DNA of 64,000 bases, taken from assembly GCA_977017645.1 (NCBI GenBank), contig OZ360239.1:61380001-61444000 (forward strand), given 5' to 3'. Shown here in pieces: positions 1-12,933 of the stretch (position 1 is its first letter; every line of letters begins with the position of its first letter). Both the position numbers and the translations under genes were made by a program. The notes below the pieces were generated by a model. That model saw only the letters and a program-made list of their open reading frames with translations. It was not told the origin of the DNA and made no database searches. The stretch is from Torpedo marmorata. Its lineage: Eukaryota.

Positions 1-169
1 TGTGCAAATGTAAGAGGTGATAAGTTTTCAATTGATTAACTAAATGATCATGATTCATTACTGGTAGCACCAAACTCCAGGTTTGCTTGGACTTTGATAA
101 AAGTAGAATGGAAAATCTTAACTGACATCTATAAATGGTTAAAATGGTGCATTGTGTATGTTTAAACAT

Positions 170-1514
170 ATCCCTATTACAAAAGAGGTGGTGCTGATGG
201 TCTTCCAGTACATAAGGGTGGATAAATTCCAAGCACCTGAACAAGTGTATCCTCGGATGGGAAATCTAGGAAGAAATAGCTGGGGCCTGGCAGAGATATT
301 TGTATCATCTTTGGCCTTGAGTGAGGTATTAGAAGACTGGTGAGTGGCTAATATGGTGTCTTTATTTAAGAAGAGATGCAAGGAGAAGGCAGGGAAGTAT
401 AACTTGGTGAGCCTAACATCAATGGTGGAAAAGTTACTGGAGGGAATTATGAGAGAATCTCCCTGCATTTGGAAAGACAATGACTGATTAAGGATAGCCA
501 ACATGGTTTTGTCCTTGGGAAATCATGTTCATGAACCTGAGGTTTTTTTTTGAAGAGGTGTCCAAGAGGATTGACTAGGTCAGGGTGGTAGACGTTGTCT
601 TCATTGACTTTAGGCAGACTTTTGATGAGGTTTGTGGTAGGTTGACTTGGAAAGTTAGATAACATGAGATCCAGGGTGAGCTAGCCAAATGGATACAAAA
701 TTGGCTTAATGGTAGGAGACAGAGGGTGGCAGGGAAGGGTTGTTTTTTAGATTGGAGACTTTTGACCAGTGGTGTGCTGCAGGGATCGGTGCTCAGTCCA
801 TTGTTGTTTGTCGCCTATATTAATGATCTGGATAGGAATGTAGTTGGCATGGTTCGCAAATCCGTAGACGACACTGATATTGTTGGTAAAATGGACAGTG
901 ACATAGGTAATCTAAGATCACAATAAGATCAATATCAACTGGGAAATTGTGCCAAGGAATGGCAGATGGAATTTGTCTTGGATAAATGTGAGGTGATGCA
1001 TCTTGGTAAGTCAAACCAGGGCAGGACTTGCACAGTGAATGGTAGGGGCCTGGAGAATGTGGTGGAACAGAGAGTCCTGGGGCTACAGGCACATAGTTCC
1101 ATGAAAGTAGTGTAGGTAGACAGGGTGATGTAAATGCTGGCATTCATCAGTAAGGGCATTGAGTACAGGAGTTGAGTCATCATGTTACAACTCTACAAGT
1201 CATTGGTGTGGCCACACTTGGAGTCGAAAACTAGAGGGGATGGGTTTAAGTTGAGAGGGGGAAGATTTACAGGGGGCCTAGGGGACAACTTTTGCGCACA
1301 GAGCATGTAAAGTGGATAAAACTGCCAGAGGAAGTGGTAGAGGCAGGTTCAATTGCAATACTTAAAAAGACATTTAGACAGGAACATGGATGGAATGGTT
1401 TAGAAGAATATGGCTGAATACTGGCACATGGGACTAGCTCAGGTAGGCAGCTTGGTTGGCATGGACAATTTGGGCTGAAAGGCCTTATTCTGTGCTGTAC
1501 AACGCTATGACTCT
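170..1514 (+). mobile_element. CR1-clade LINE, 5'-truncated and degenerate (RT region to 3' end)
   Basis: ORF 726-926 has GVLQGSVLSPLLFVAYINDLD (CR1 RT motif PQGSVLGPLLF..YINDL). CR1-type 3' end ...ccttattctgtgctgtacaacgctatgactcta at ~1482-1514. Many stops and frameshifts; 5' boundary approximate. Confidence 0.85.
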
Positions 1515-1704
1515 AATATTGGTGCAAACCTATCACGTCTTGGAATGAGAGGGTGCGAATTGATACAAAACCCTCCTTAAACCTGTTTGCAACATCCACC
1601 AGGTTAACAGGTAAGACTTCATGTGCAAGCCATTTCCTTTGGGATAGCTGAAAAAAAAAAGGTTATGTATGGACCTTATAGGCCCATTAATTTCCGCCTG
1701 TTGA

Positions 1705-2180
1705 ATGGGAGATCGCTTCGCTGAGCACCTCCTCTCCGTCCGCAACAACAGTGACCTCCCAGTAGCCAACCATTTCAATTCCGAGTCACACTCCCACACT
1801 CACATGTCTGTCCATGGCCTTATGTACTATCCCACCCAGACCACCCGCAAATTGGAGGAACAACATCTTATTTTCCGTCTGGGCACTCTCCAGCCAGATG
1901 GCATTAACATTGACTTTTCTGCTTTCCACTAAACCTGCTCGCCTTTTCCTTCCCCACTCCCCTTACCTGTCCTTCCAGTTTTATTCACCCACCCAGCCAT
2001 CCCTCCTCCCCCTCTTTGCTGCTGTCCCCTCCCTCCTTTCTCCACCTATCATCTCCTGCCTTTGCCCCCCCCCCACTTCCCCCCCCCTCACTCTTTTGTT
2101 CAGACGCCTGCCGGCATTTTCTCATACTTTGGTGAAGGGCTCAAGCCCGAAACGTCGGTTATGTATTTCTACACTGTTTG
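1705..2180 (+). mobile_element. Penelope-like element 3' fragment (GIY-YIG endonuclease C-terminus plus pseudo-LTR)
   Basis: ORF 1705-1932 GDRFAEHL..VANHFN..H..RKLEEQHLIFRLGTLQPDGINIDF is a typical PLE C-terminus. It is followed by a pyrimidine tract and the gaagggctcaagcccgaaacgtc...gacctgctgag pLTR motif. Confidence 0.85.
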
Positions 2181-2720
2181 ACCTGCTGAGCTTCTCCAGC
2201 ATTTGTGTTTTTTCACTTGAATCCATTTAGTTCTTGGTTAGGTGCAAGCACTTCTCCCTTCACCTGCACGCTACCTTCCAGCAATCAGTTACAGCCAATA
2301 TGTCATGATAAAAGGACTTGCCTGAGAATGTCTCCACTTTACAATGGTGGCAGGAGTTGCACATGGAGTGCTTATTCATTCTTTCCTCTAAGGACAGATG
2401 GTACTGAGCTCCACACTGCCAATCAAGCACTGAAATTGGCATTTGGAGCTGGGGAGTCAGATGACTCACTTTCTTCTTTAAGCCAGCTGGCCAGGGACTG
2501 TGAACAGATTCATCATCCAAGCTGGTCCTTTCTGTCTGGGAGACCTGACATGACAGGTTGCAATTCTGGACAGATAAAACAGAAAACAATCTCCTGCAAG
2601 GAGCACATATTCACCACATCTTTCCTATTATTCTACTTTCTTTCTGATGGTGTTTTGATTCCCTGAAAGTGTTGTTGAAGCTATGAGGCTGAGTTATGGA
2701 TGACTTAACTTATCACACTG

Positions 2721-2833
2721 AGACAAAGTAGCGACTCTCTGTCTGCTTTACGGTAGACAAAAATTAAAGAATTTCATGTATGTTACATTCTAAATGTAGT
2801 ATTACGTGACAATAATGGAACCTTTTGCCTTTA
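2721..2833 (+). mobile_element. 5'-truncated copy of the 5S-derived SINE (3' body and tail only)
   Basis: Near-identical to ~17175-17285 (..ctctgtctgc.ttacggtagaca.aaattaaagaatttcatgtatgtta.attctaaatgtagtattacgtgacaataatggaaccttt..). Confidence 0.85.
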
Positions 2834-3700
2834 CAGTTTGGTTGCAGGCATAAATGAGGTCAATGCTAAGGTGCAGAGCTTTCTATACTGGTCAAAGTTT
2901 TAACTGAAGAATTTTTTTTTTTTTGCACTGCCCTGGTTCAAAAAAGAACAGAGTCAACACAAGACTTCCACGTCAGCACCTTGAAGCCTCTTGCCATTAT
3001 ACTGCATGCTTTCTGTGGTTTGGCTCCACTAGAGAAGGTTCAATTTCTGTGTATCCCACTTGTGCCTAGTGAAACAAACTTGCCAAGCAAGCTGGCAGTG
3101 CACCTTGTACCGGCTTTTAACTTTGCTTATTCTAGCAACTGTCCAGTTGGTGATTCCACGTGCAGGCAGTCTACTGTTGTGACGCAGGCAGGCTGACTCA
3201 GTGAGTTGGGTTGGAAGGCAATACGTGGAGAGACCACAGAGACTAGGCCGTAAGGCAGTGGGAAACTTTGGCCCTAGTGACACACAAAACCAGGTGCAGT
3301 GGGAATTGGCAACACAGGAACAAAGGAATATACTCACTATTTCCGGCCCATGAGCTACAACTAGGTGAATTGCCTGTCATGCAGCACATGGGCAATGGGT
3401 GGAAATGCCACAGTGAAATTGGAGGCTAAGCTAAATTTTATGTGCAGAATGAGGGCAAGCATTGCTGGAGTACTCAAAGACTGAACAGGAAAATTGGTTT
3501 CTCTCTTCAGTGCTTTAATTCCTCCAACATTCCAAACAAACTCCTTGGGTATTTTCTGGTGTTTCCCTGACCTTTACTTTGTCTATTTGAGAAATGTCAA
3601 TAAATATTGGAAGTTGGATGTTTGGGACAGGCTTGGCTCTCATACGTTTTAAAGCTAAATTGCATGGCAGGTAATATGATCGAATATAAAAGAACAAAAA

Positions 3701-3957
3701 GGGCAGCATGGTTAGCGTAGCGCTTAGTGCAACGCTCTTACAATGCCAGCGATCCGGGTTCCAATCCGGTGATGTCTGCAAGGAGTTTGTACATCCTCCC
3801 CATGTCCGTGTGGGTTTCCTCTAGGTGTTGCGGTTTCCTCCCATGTTCCAAAGACATTCAGGGTTAGTAGGTTAATTAGTCACATGGGTGTAGTTGGGCA
3901 GCCCAGGCTCATGGGCTGGAAGGCCCTGTTACCGTGCTGCATCTCCAAATAAAAAAA
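3701..3957 (+). mobile_element. tRNA-derived V-SINE (HE1-like)
   Basis: tRNA-like head (ggttagc...ccgggttccaatcc), V-core ggagtttgtacat..tccccatgtccgtgtgggtttcctc..cggtttcctccca, CR1-like tail ggccctgttaccgtgctg. Confidence 0.85.
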
Positions 3958-4059
3958 ACATCCTCCTCCAAGCAGCCTCCACGATAGCTCAATTGAACTT
4001 ACTATTGGAATAGGGAAGACTGGTTGGTTCAGTAGCTTAGTCCAATGGCAGTTGTCAGA

Positions 4060-4470
4060 GAGCCATGGAATTATACAGCAGAGAAATGGGTGCTTCAGCC
4101 CTCCACACCCTTGCTGACCCTTTTCCCCATCTATACTAATCCCATTTGCCTGCAATTGGTCCGTATCCTCTTATGCCTTGTCAATTTGAGTGCCTGTCTA
4201 AATGTCTCTGAGACACGGTGATTGTATCTGACTCCATCTCCTCCTGTGCACTGAGTTCCAGTTCATCAACTCTCTGTGAAGAAAAGAAAAAAAATAATCC
4301 TTACCCATCAAATCATCTTTTAACCCTTCTCCCTCTCATTTTCAACCTATTCCCTCCTGGTTTTGATACGTCTGCCATGGGAAAAAGATTCTGACAGTCT
4401 TCCCTATCTATATGTCATATAAATTTAGATACCTCTATCAGATCACCAGCCCAGTCTCCTTCGCTCCAGG
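4060..4470 (-). mobile_element. Degenerate CR1 3' fragment
   Basis: Reverse complement of CR1 3' UTR and end of ORF2 (..atacagcagagaaatgggtgcttcagccc.., ..ttaaacctat.ccctc..-like). Confidence 0.6.
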
Positions 4471-4589
4471 AACTTCCTGTATTTATTTCCTTTCCTGATG
4501 GTCACCCATCTCCTTCTTTTGGTACCTGTGGCATGACCAACTCACTAAACATACTATTGCTGACATTTTCCGCATTTTGGATGCTCCGT

Positions 4590-4760
4590 AGTGAATCTAG
4601 CTGTTGCTCCAAGAGCTCTACGCAGTCTGGCAGGAGCTGCACCTGGACATACCTCTAGCAGACGTAGCCCTCAGGCACATTAGATATGTCCCCGATATCC
4701 CATATCCTGCAGGTGGAGCAAACCGCTGCCCAAGCTTCCACATCCTTTCTCATCAGTGCC
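4590..4760 (-). mobile_element. CR1 ORF1 (PHD-like Cys motif) fragment
   Basis: ORF 4655-4852 ends AAVCSTCRIWDI...VPEGYVC, resembling the elasmobranch CR1 ORF1 N-terminal CxxCxMW motif. Confidence 0.5.
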
Positions 4761-7311
4761 TTCCACTGGGAAAGAGAAGAAAAAAATTGTACCTGGTCAC
4801 AACTCGCCCTCCTGACTCGCTTTGCTTGCACATAGCTCTGGCACCTGTTCATTTGTGCAGTGAAGACAATTGTATCAGTGGTTTACCACATATTAAAAAC
4901 ATGATGTGCACATTCAGAAAATCATGCAGCCACTCATCTAGGTATTGTAGATGAAGCAGTGTGCATGTATTGCACCTTGCAAACCCACATTAGAAATCGG
5001 CTGCCTTATTTCTCATAGTTTCTTTTATAACACAATCTATTTTGCAGAATTAGCTGTGTCCCCTGTTGCCAGCTCTGTTCCATGTACTCTCTTTTTAAAA
5101 AAACAAAACAAATACACTGTACAAAAGCTTGCCCTTGTCTCTTCTGGTATCTTGAATGGTTATTTAAAAACATTTCAAATCACTTTTAAAATGAGGTGAA
5201 ATCACGCAGATTAAAATGCGTGGTTAGTTTCGTTCCTCTTCCATAGCCACTGTTTTAACGTTTCTCACCAGTTTGTGCTCTGGGATTTGCCCACTCCCAT
5301 TCCCCAATGGCCATTGTGGCTTCACATGCAAAGATTTTAGCATCGACAAGATGTAAATCTAGAAAACAAAAGGGATCAGAATCTAATGGCTTCTCTTCTG
5401 ACGCAGGGCTACACCCAGTTCCCAGTTACAAGCATCGCGTAGAAAAACAGTGAAGGATAAAGGTCAAAAAATAAACCAAAGGAAAATAAATATTTTCCTG
5501 ATTATATGTTCATATTTTACGTAGAAGCAAAATAAGGGCACAATTGTTTGACTCGTACTATATGATTGCTAATTAATTTATAGTTTTACTTTTCAAATGC
5601 AGTATTGGGTTTGCTTGATTTTGCACATTTTAAAAAGAACTGTAATCTGACCTTTATAATGCTGACACGAAGCAGCCCCAGAACTGGCAACGTGAAAAAG
5701 TCAAGAGTTAAGAATGACTGCTTGGATTCTTCGTCGACAAGCACTGAAAGAATTAATTTGGGCATTTCTCTGTCTGACATTTCAGCAAAAGTGGCATCCA
5801 TTTTAAATAAAATTTCTATTTCAATTTCTATAAGAATACAGGGAACCCCTGTAAATATTTATCCCTGAGGTCTCAACAGTTTCAAGCTTTAGATGATATT
5901 TTTGTCAGCATTTTATTAAAATAGAACATGCATCAGGAGGAAATGCTTGGGTTGAAAAAATGAAATTATTTTCTTAATAATTTCATGTAGAAAGTTGCTG
6001 TGGTGACAGCATATAAACCATTATTTAGAACAAAAGAGTGAGTTATCTCATTGAGTGTTTAGCCTTTCTGTATCTCTGCTGATCCTTGATCCTTCTGAGG
6101 GCAAAGTAATCATGTTTGTATTTGGCATTAATACCAAGAATGTAGATTTGATGGTTAATTCGCTGTGAATGCATCAGCGTGTGAAGTTCTGAAAGTAAGG
6201 GACTAAGGTTCTAGTCCTTGCGATATAACAGAGCAATGACAGGGGTTGGAAGTAGAGTGTTAAATATGCCTGACACCCTCTGGTTGGATTGCCTCAATTC
6301 TTTGTTTCTTTTGATCAAACAACTCTTGATTGTCAAGCTCGTGTTATGAACCTTCCCTTCAAGGTCAAGCAGATATGATTATGATGCCAATCCATGTGTG
6401 CGTTAATTCCTCATTAAGATCACCCAATGCTGAAGGGATGACATTAAATGCCAATCTCCTTATTTAATGCCCATATGGAGAGGCACACACAAGCCCTTGC
6501 ATTCAAGTGATTATGAGCAGGTCTTTTCTCTGACTCTATAATTAAATCATCAGGATAAAATAAGCTCCAAAGATGGTTAGCACAATTGCTGTATTGAAAT
6601 TCAAATCTATGTATACATTGTGGAGAAAAACCAAAAGCTTGACTTTATAATTCGTTCACTCTGAAGTGACTTAAATGAATCTTTGGATTCTTTAAAAAAA
6701 ATTGCAGGATAATACTGGACATAATCAATACCAATGGCTCACCATCTGGAATAAATTTAAAGTCTGGATTAAGTCATAGTTTATTCCTTCATGGGAATAT
6801 GTGGGTCACTTGCAAGTCTAGCATTTGCTTATCTCTAGTTACCTCTGAGAATGTTGAGAGAGCATCTCTTCATGGGCTGTTGTCGTCTCTGCAATGAAAA
6901 TAATTGCTCTTTGGTGGGAAGTTTAGACCCAGTGCTGATGAAGGAATGGCGATCAGGAGAGTGAATGATTTGGAGAAGAACCTGGTGGTAATGAGGATAA
7001 AATAAGTTAGAAAATACTGGGAATGGGAGATTAAGTAGCATTGGTGGAAAACTGAGTTAACATTTCATGATGATGACCTTTCTCAAGTGATTAAACATAA
7101 TCATTCTGCAGTTCCTGACTCCTCCTATGCCTTTGCTGATTGGTCTGCTGGCAGTCAGTAAAGACATGATGGGACAAGTAATTTCCTGAAGTACAGTAAC
7201 TCTTCCGAGATTATCTCGACACCTTTCATTCATAGGAAACTTTTTTTATAATAATTCCGCTGGTAATGATGCAGAAGTGCCCGGGTGTAGCTCAACTGGA
7301 TACACCTAGAG

Positions 7312-7685
7312 CAGTGGTTTTCAAACTTTTTCTTTCCACTCACATACCACCTTAAGTAATCCCTATGCCATAGGTGCTCTGTGATTAGTAAGGGATTACT
7401 TAAGGTGGTATGTGAGTGGAAAGAAAAAGTTTGAAAACCATTGTTTTAATCATACCTAATTGACTCATTATGTGCACAGTTTCATAACTCCAAAGGAAAT
7501 GGGCCAATGACAAATTTTCTCAAGCAAAACATTTCAGTAACAATTGGGTCTAGAGCAGTGGTTCTCAACCTTTTTTTCCACTCACATACCACCTTAAGTA
7601 ATCCCTTACTAATCACAGAGCACCTGTGGCATAGGGGTTACTTAAAGTGGTATGTGAGTGGAAAGAAAAAGTTTGAAAACCACTG
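7312..7685. mobile_element. Composite hAT (Charlie-like) MITE: two ~130-bp palindromic units in inverted orientation around a ~110-bp spacer
   Basis: TIR cagtggttttcaaac...gtttgaaaaccactg. 8-bp TSD acctagag at 7304-7311 and 7686-7693. Units at 7312-7443 and 7556-7685. Confidence 0.9.
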
Positions 7686-7765
7686 ACCTAGAGCTTGGAT
7701 TACACCAAGAGTGCATTATGCTTCTTCAGAATGCACCTGAGGACAGTTCATTTTTTTGTCACAGA

Positions 7766-8958
7766 AGATTAGATTTAGATTAGATTAAATTCAACTTTAT
7801 TGTCATTGTGCCAAGTAAAATACAAAGCCAATGAAATACAATTAGCATCCAACCAGAAGTTAAAAAATAGTGCAATATACAAATAACTACGTGCGAATAA
7901 AAACAAGCGCATTCAGCAAGCAATTATAAAAATACTGACAGTACAATGTGAGTGCAGGACCACTCAGCGCTGTGATTTAAGGTTCAGCAGGGTCACAGTC
8001 TCGGGAAAAAAGCTTTTCTTGAGCCTGCTGGTTCGAGAGCGAAGGCTCCTGTAGCGCCTACCGGATGGAAGGAGAGTAAAAAGTCCATAGTTAGGGTGAG
8101 ATGCATCCTTCATGATGCTCTTCGCCCTGCCCAGACAGCATTCATGATAGATGTTCTCAATGGTGGGCAATTGGATGCCGATAGTCTGCTGGGCAGTTTT
8201 CACCACCTGCTGAAGTGCTTTACGGTCTGATACGAGACAATTGCCATACCTCACTGAGATGCTCTCAATGGTACAGCAGTAAAAATCCATCAATATCCTG
8301 GGATAGAGGTGTACTTTCTTGATGCTCCACAGGAAATAAAGGCGCTGTTGCGCCTTTTTGATCAGGATGGAGGAGTTCAGGGACCAGGTGAGATTATCTG
8401 AAATGTGGACACCAAGGAATTTGAAGCTTGATACACGTTCCACCACAACTCCACTGATGTACATAGGGGCATGAGTGTGGCTTCCAGCATGCCTGAAGTC
8501 CACAATGATCTCCTTGGTCTTCTGAGTGTTAAGTGCCAAGTTGTTGTCGGCACACCACGCGGCCAGGTGCTGGACCTCGTCCCTATAGGCCTTTTCATCA
8601 TCCCCTCTGATCAGACCAACCACCGTGGTGTCATTTGCGAACTTGATTATGGAATTAGTACCATATACAGGAACGCAGTCATAGGTGAAAATGGAATACA
8701 GGAGAGGGCTCAGCACACAGCCCTGGGGCACGCCGGTCGGTGCTCAAGGTGAGAATGGAAGAGAAGAGATTGTCTAACTTAACAGATTGGGGTCTGTTAG
8801 TCAGAAAGGCCAAGGTCCAATTACAGAGGGATGAGCTGATACCAAGCAAGTGAAGTTTGGCAATCAGTTTGGAGAGAATCACAGTATTGAATGCCAAACT
8901 GAAGTCAATAAACAGCATTCTGACATAAGAGTTGGAGCTGTCCAAGTGGGTCAAGGCT
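7766..8958 (-). mobile_element. Rex1/Babar-type non-LTR retrotransposon, 5'-truncated
   Basis: ORFs 8679-8996 and 7964-8731 contain [58 protein letters not shown]. Short-repeat tail (tctaa)n after aataaa. Confidence 0.9.
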
Positions 8959-9091
8959 GTTGTTATGAATTTATTAATGACATTATTTGAAACCATTGCT
9001 TTCTAGATGGTTGTACACAGGGTCTTTAATCATTGCTACATGCAAGTGAAATTAGGATGCTGTGGAATAATTCAAGGAGGACATAACCTGA

Positions 9092-9230
9092 AGCTCAAGC
9101 CCGAAACGTCGGTTATGTATTTCTACCTTTGCTACATAAAAGACACTGTTTGACCTGCTGAGTTTCTCCAGCATTTGTGTTTTTTTTTTACTTCAACCAC
9201 GGTGTCTACAGATTTTCGTGATTTACTTTT
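9092..9230 (+). mobile_element. Short Penelope pLTR insertion with 13-bp TSD
   Basis: Matches the pLTR at 36073-36200 and 2140-2180. Flanked by ggacataacctga at 9079-9091 and 9231-9243. Confidence 0.9.
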
Positions 9231-9535
9231 GGACATAACCTGACTCCTGTCTAAGATTATATTCTTGGTGCAGTGGTGGAAACCGAACTGTCTGCCCAGA
9301 CGAAACAACCAGATTATAAGGACAACATTGCTGATGGTTATTTTTATCAGGGGAACACTTGTGTCACTTCTTTCTTTCTATCTCTTTCACTCTCTGCTGC
9401 TTTATATAGACTTTACTGGATGTTCTATATATTGATTATGAATTATGTCAGCAAACACAGACATTAAAATAATGTCTCTATTATAATGAAGTGAGAGTAG
9501 TGGCCATCTATAACAGTGGAATTATGAAAAATGTT

Positions 9536-12053
9536 TGTTAAGTACAGAATTTGTTTGGGTCCTAGTGATGAATGTGCTATGATTAATCTTTAGTTTAATG
9601 TTAAAACTATATTTCATCTAGATATGGCTTAGTAAGTTCGTTTTGGGTGGTTTCAAGGGCACAAAGACAACACATTTGCATTTTAAACACACATGGTTCT
9701 TTGAGATGGCAGATGGCGATTGCAGTTGAAGCCAAGAGATGAAAGGCTTTATGATGGTTCTTGAGATACTGAAAACAATAGGTGTTGGCTCAGAAGCACC
9801 TGTGTAAACGCACAGCCATTTTGCTCCCATGTGGGAAGACATCTCGGAGGCATATTCTCATTAACCTTTGGAGAAGTTGGAACTTCAAACATTCAGGAAA
9901 ATACTTGGTCAAACGCAGGAAGGCATAAGTGGACAGATGCTTTTAGCACATAAGTGTGAAGAAGACATTATGAACTTCAAAGACAGAAATGATGTCACAT
10001 ACCATGTGACATGAGAGATTTGCAAGAAATATATTATCGAAATCAGAGACAAAGGGGTCAGTTTAAGAGAATTTACTGTCCTGTTGAGACACAGGATTGA
10101 TAAAGCAGTAATATTTTCTTTATAGCAGGAAAGCTGCCTGTGCTCTCCTTAATAAAAGGAGGAACACCAAAAGTGGTATTTTAAAAGAAATATTCACTCC
10201 AACTGCCTCTAAGAAAAGAGGGCAGCCTCGCATGTTACTCTTGATTAAGAAAGAAATCATTGTGGAAAACAGACTCCGGAACTCTTAGGCAAGATAAGAG
10301 GGAGTTTGTAAAATCACTCGTATGAAGGAATATCTCTCTGAAAGACAACTCATCAAAAGACTTGAGTTTAAAAGATCCGAAGACAAGACATGTAAAAGCG
10401 CCTCATAATTAATTCTGAACTGCAATTTAAAGAATCTTCAAGCAACACAATGTTGAAGTTTAAAATTGACTTTTCAGAATCAAGCTCAAACTGTAATGGT
10501 TTGAATTCTTAACACACACACACACATATACATATTTACATTTGCGCATAGTGGGATTTAAGTTAGAGTTAAGTTTAGAGATAAGTAAGAACTGTTATGT
10601 TATTAATAGTTTAATAAAAACTATTATTTTGAATTTAACATTGTCTGGTGAATTTTTCATTGCTGTTCCTTTGTTAGTACTATCAGAATCAGAATTTCAG
10701 AATCAGAATTTATTGTCATGAACAAGTCATGAAATTCGGTGTTTTGCGGCAGCATCATAGTGCAATTAACATTCATATTAACCATCTTACGACATTACTA
10801 TAAAAAATTATAAACAAAAGTGCACGAAAAGTAAGGCAGTGTCTTTGGTTCATTGATTATTCAGGAATCTGATGGCAGCGGGGAAGAAGCTGTCCTTGTG
10901 CCGTTGAGTGCTCGTCTTTAGGCTCCTGTACCTTTTTCCCGATGGAAGCAGAGTGAAGAGGGCATGGCCTGGGTGGTGGGAGTCTTTGAGGATAGAGGCT
11001 GTTTTTTAAGACACTGCCTCATGTAGATGTCCTCGATGGAGTGAAGTTTGGTGCCTGTGATGTCACAGGCCGAGTTAACAACCCTCTGGAGTTTACTCTT
11101 GTCCTGAGAGTTGGCGCCTCCATACCAGGCAGTGATGCAACCAGCCAGAATGCTCTCCACGGTACACCTGTAGAAGTTTACGAGAGTCTTTGGTGACATA
11201 CCGAATCTCCTCAGACACCTCACAAAGTATAGCCGCTGACGAGCCCTCTTTGTGATTGCATCAACGTGGAGGCTCCAGGACAGATCCCCGGAGATGTTGA
11301 TACCCAGGAATTTGAAGTTCTTGACCCTCTCCACTACTGAGCCCTCGATGAGGACTGGGTCGTGTTCCCCTGACTTCCTCCTGAAGTCCACAATCATCTC
11401 CTTGGTTTCGCTGACGTTGAGCTCAAGGTTGTTGCCATTACACCATTCTCCCTCCTGTACGCTTCCTCATTGCCGTTTGTGATTCTGCCGACAACTGTGG
11501 TGTCATCGGCAAACTTGTAGATGGCATTGGAATTGTGCCTGGCCACACAGTCATGGGTGTATAACAAGTAGAGCAGTGGACTAAGCACGCCTGTGTTGAT
11601 AATCAGTGAGGAGGAGACGTTGTTTCCAATTCGTACTGACTGTGGTCTTCCGATGAGAAAGTCAAGGATCCAGTTGCAGAGGGGGATACAGAGGCCTAGA
11701 GTTTTTTAGCTTCTTGACCAGCACTGAGGGAATAATGTTATTGAAGGCCGAGCTGTAGTCGATGAAGAGCAGCCGTATGTATGAATTGCTGTTTTCGAGG
11801 TGATCCAGAGCTGAGTGGAGAGCCAGCGATATTGCATCTGCTGTGGAGCGATTGTGACGATAGGCGAATTGCAGTGGGTTCAGATCTTTGCTTAGGTATG
11901 TGTTAATTCTGGCCATGACCAGCCTCTCAAAGCATTTCATCACAGTAGAAGTTAGTGCTACTGGGCGGTAGTCGTTGAGGCAGCTCACACTACTCTTCTT
12001 GGGTACCAGGATGATTGATGCCCTTTTGAAGCAAGGTTTGTTAGTTCGTAACA
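9536..12053 (+). mobile_element. Probable solo LTR (~1.15 kb) split near its 3' end by a Rex1 insertion
   Basis: Termini tgttaagtac...gttcgtaaca form an imperfect inverted repeat (TG..CA). AATAAA at ~10614 and (ca)n/agtt repeats are LTR-like. No TSD confirmed. Confidence 0.5.
10679..12036 (-). mobile_element. Rex1/Babar-type LINE, 5'-truncated
   Basis: ORFs 11662-12096, 11394-11588 and 10918-11397 contain [37 protein letters not shown]. (ttctga)n tail. Apparent TSD tttgttagt at 10670-10678 and 12037-12045. Confidence 0.9.
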
Positions 12054-12711
12054 GTCCTACTCTTAAGCTCTTGACACAGCAATGAGAAGCAGTCAAGTTC
12101 CCAGAAGTAAGGTTTAAGTTGATATTTCCAATGTTACCAGTGTGAAACTGAGCAGCAATTTTATCCTTTTCAATCCTTACACTGACATTGTTTCTGCTGA
12201 GAGCTATATCACTCTTTCTTCCCTGTTATTTTTATCCAATTATTATTGTTTCTCACTATCCAGTAATAGCTATGAACTTAAACTGATCCTTGCAGAAGGT
12301 CAAAGGTACAAGTGGCCTTGGTTTCCAGACTCGCCCCACAATCCGTTCACTCAACCTTCTTTACGTTCATGAGCTTGCTTTTCTTTGGTCATTTCATGTT
12401 GTTGATCTTCTGTCTTTTATATTTGTTGCCTATTTATAAAGTACCTGTACATGAACTTCACACCTTACTTCAAACCTGAGCAATGGAGAAAGTACAGTAT
12501 AAGGAAATATGAGGAGATGCAGTTCAATCCTAAACAGTAAGAAGTTGGTGTGCATGTCATTTCATGGATGCCTACTTTGACTAAGTGCTGGTTGACAAGG
12601 TTGTTTGTGGTTTAATCCTTGAATCCCAAATTTGATTGTGAGTGCACAACTGCAAATTCTATGGAGATGATGTTGAGGAAAGCTTTCATCCAATGTAGTG
12701 CATAAATGGAC

Positions 12712-12933
12712 TACTTCTTCTTTGCACAGGCAGTGAGAATGCTGAACAACAAAAGGAACTGCTCACACTAACCATCCGAGACTCACATATTTATAAAACA
12801 ATATTTCTTGATTTATTTGTATATATGTGTTATGTCTGGTTGTTTGTCTGCACGTTTTACACCGAGGACCAGAGAACGCTGTTTCGTCGGGCCGTACTTG
12901 TGCAATCAGATGATAAATAAACTTAACTTGACT
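12712..12933 (+). mobile_element. Rex1/Babar-type LINE 3'-end fragment
   Basis: cttcttc...caggcagtgagaatgctgaac corresponds to the SFFPQAVRMLN-like ORF end; 3' UTR ends aataaacttaacttgact. Confidence 0.6.

Noticed and set aside
5586-5868. Overlapping short ORFs as a host exon
   Set aside because: No recognisable domain or splice context; more likely non-coding.
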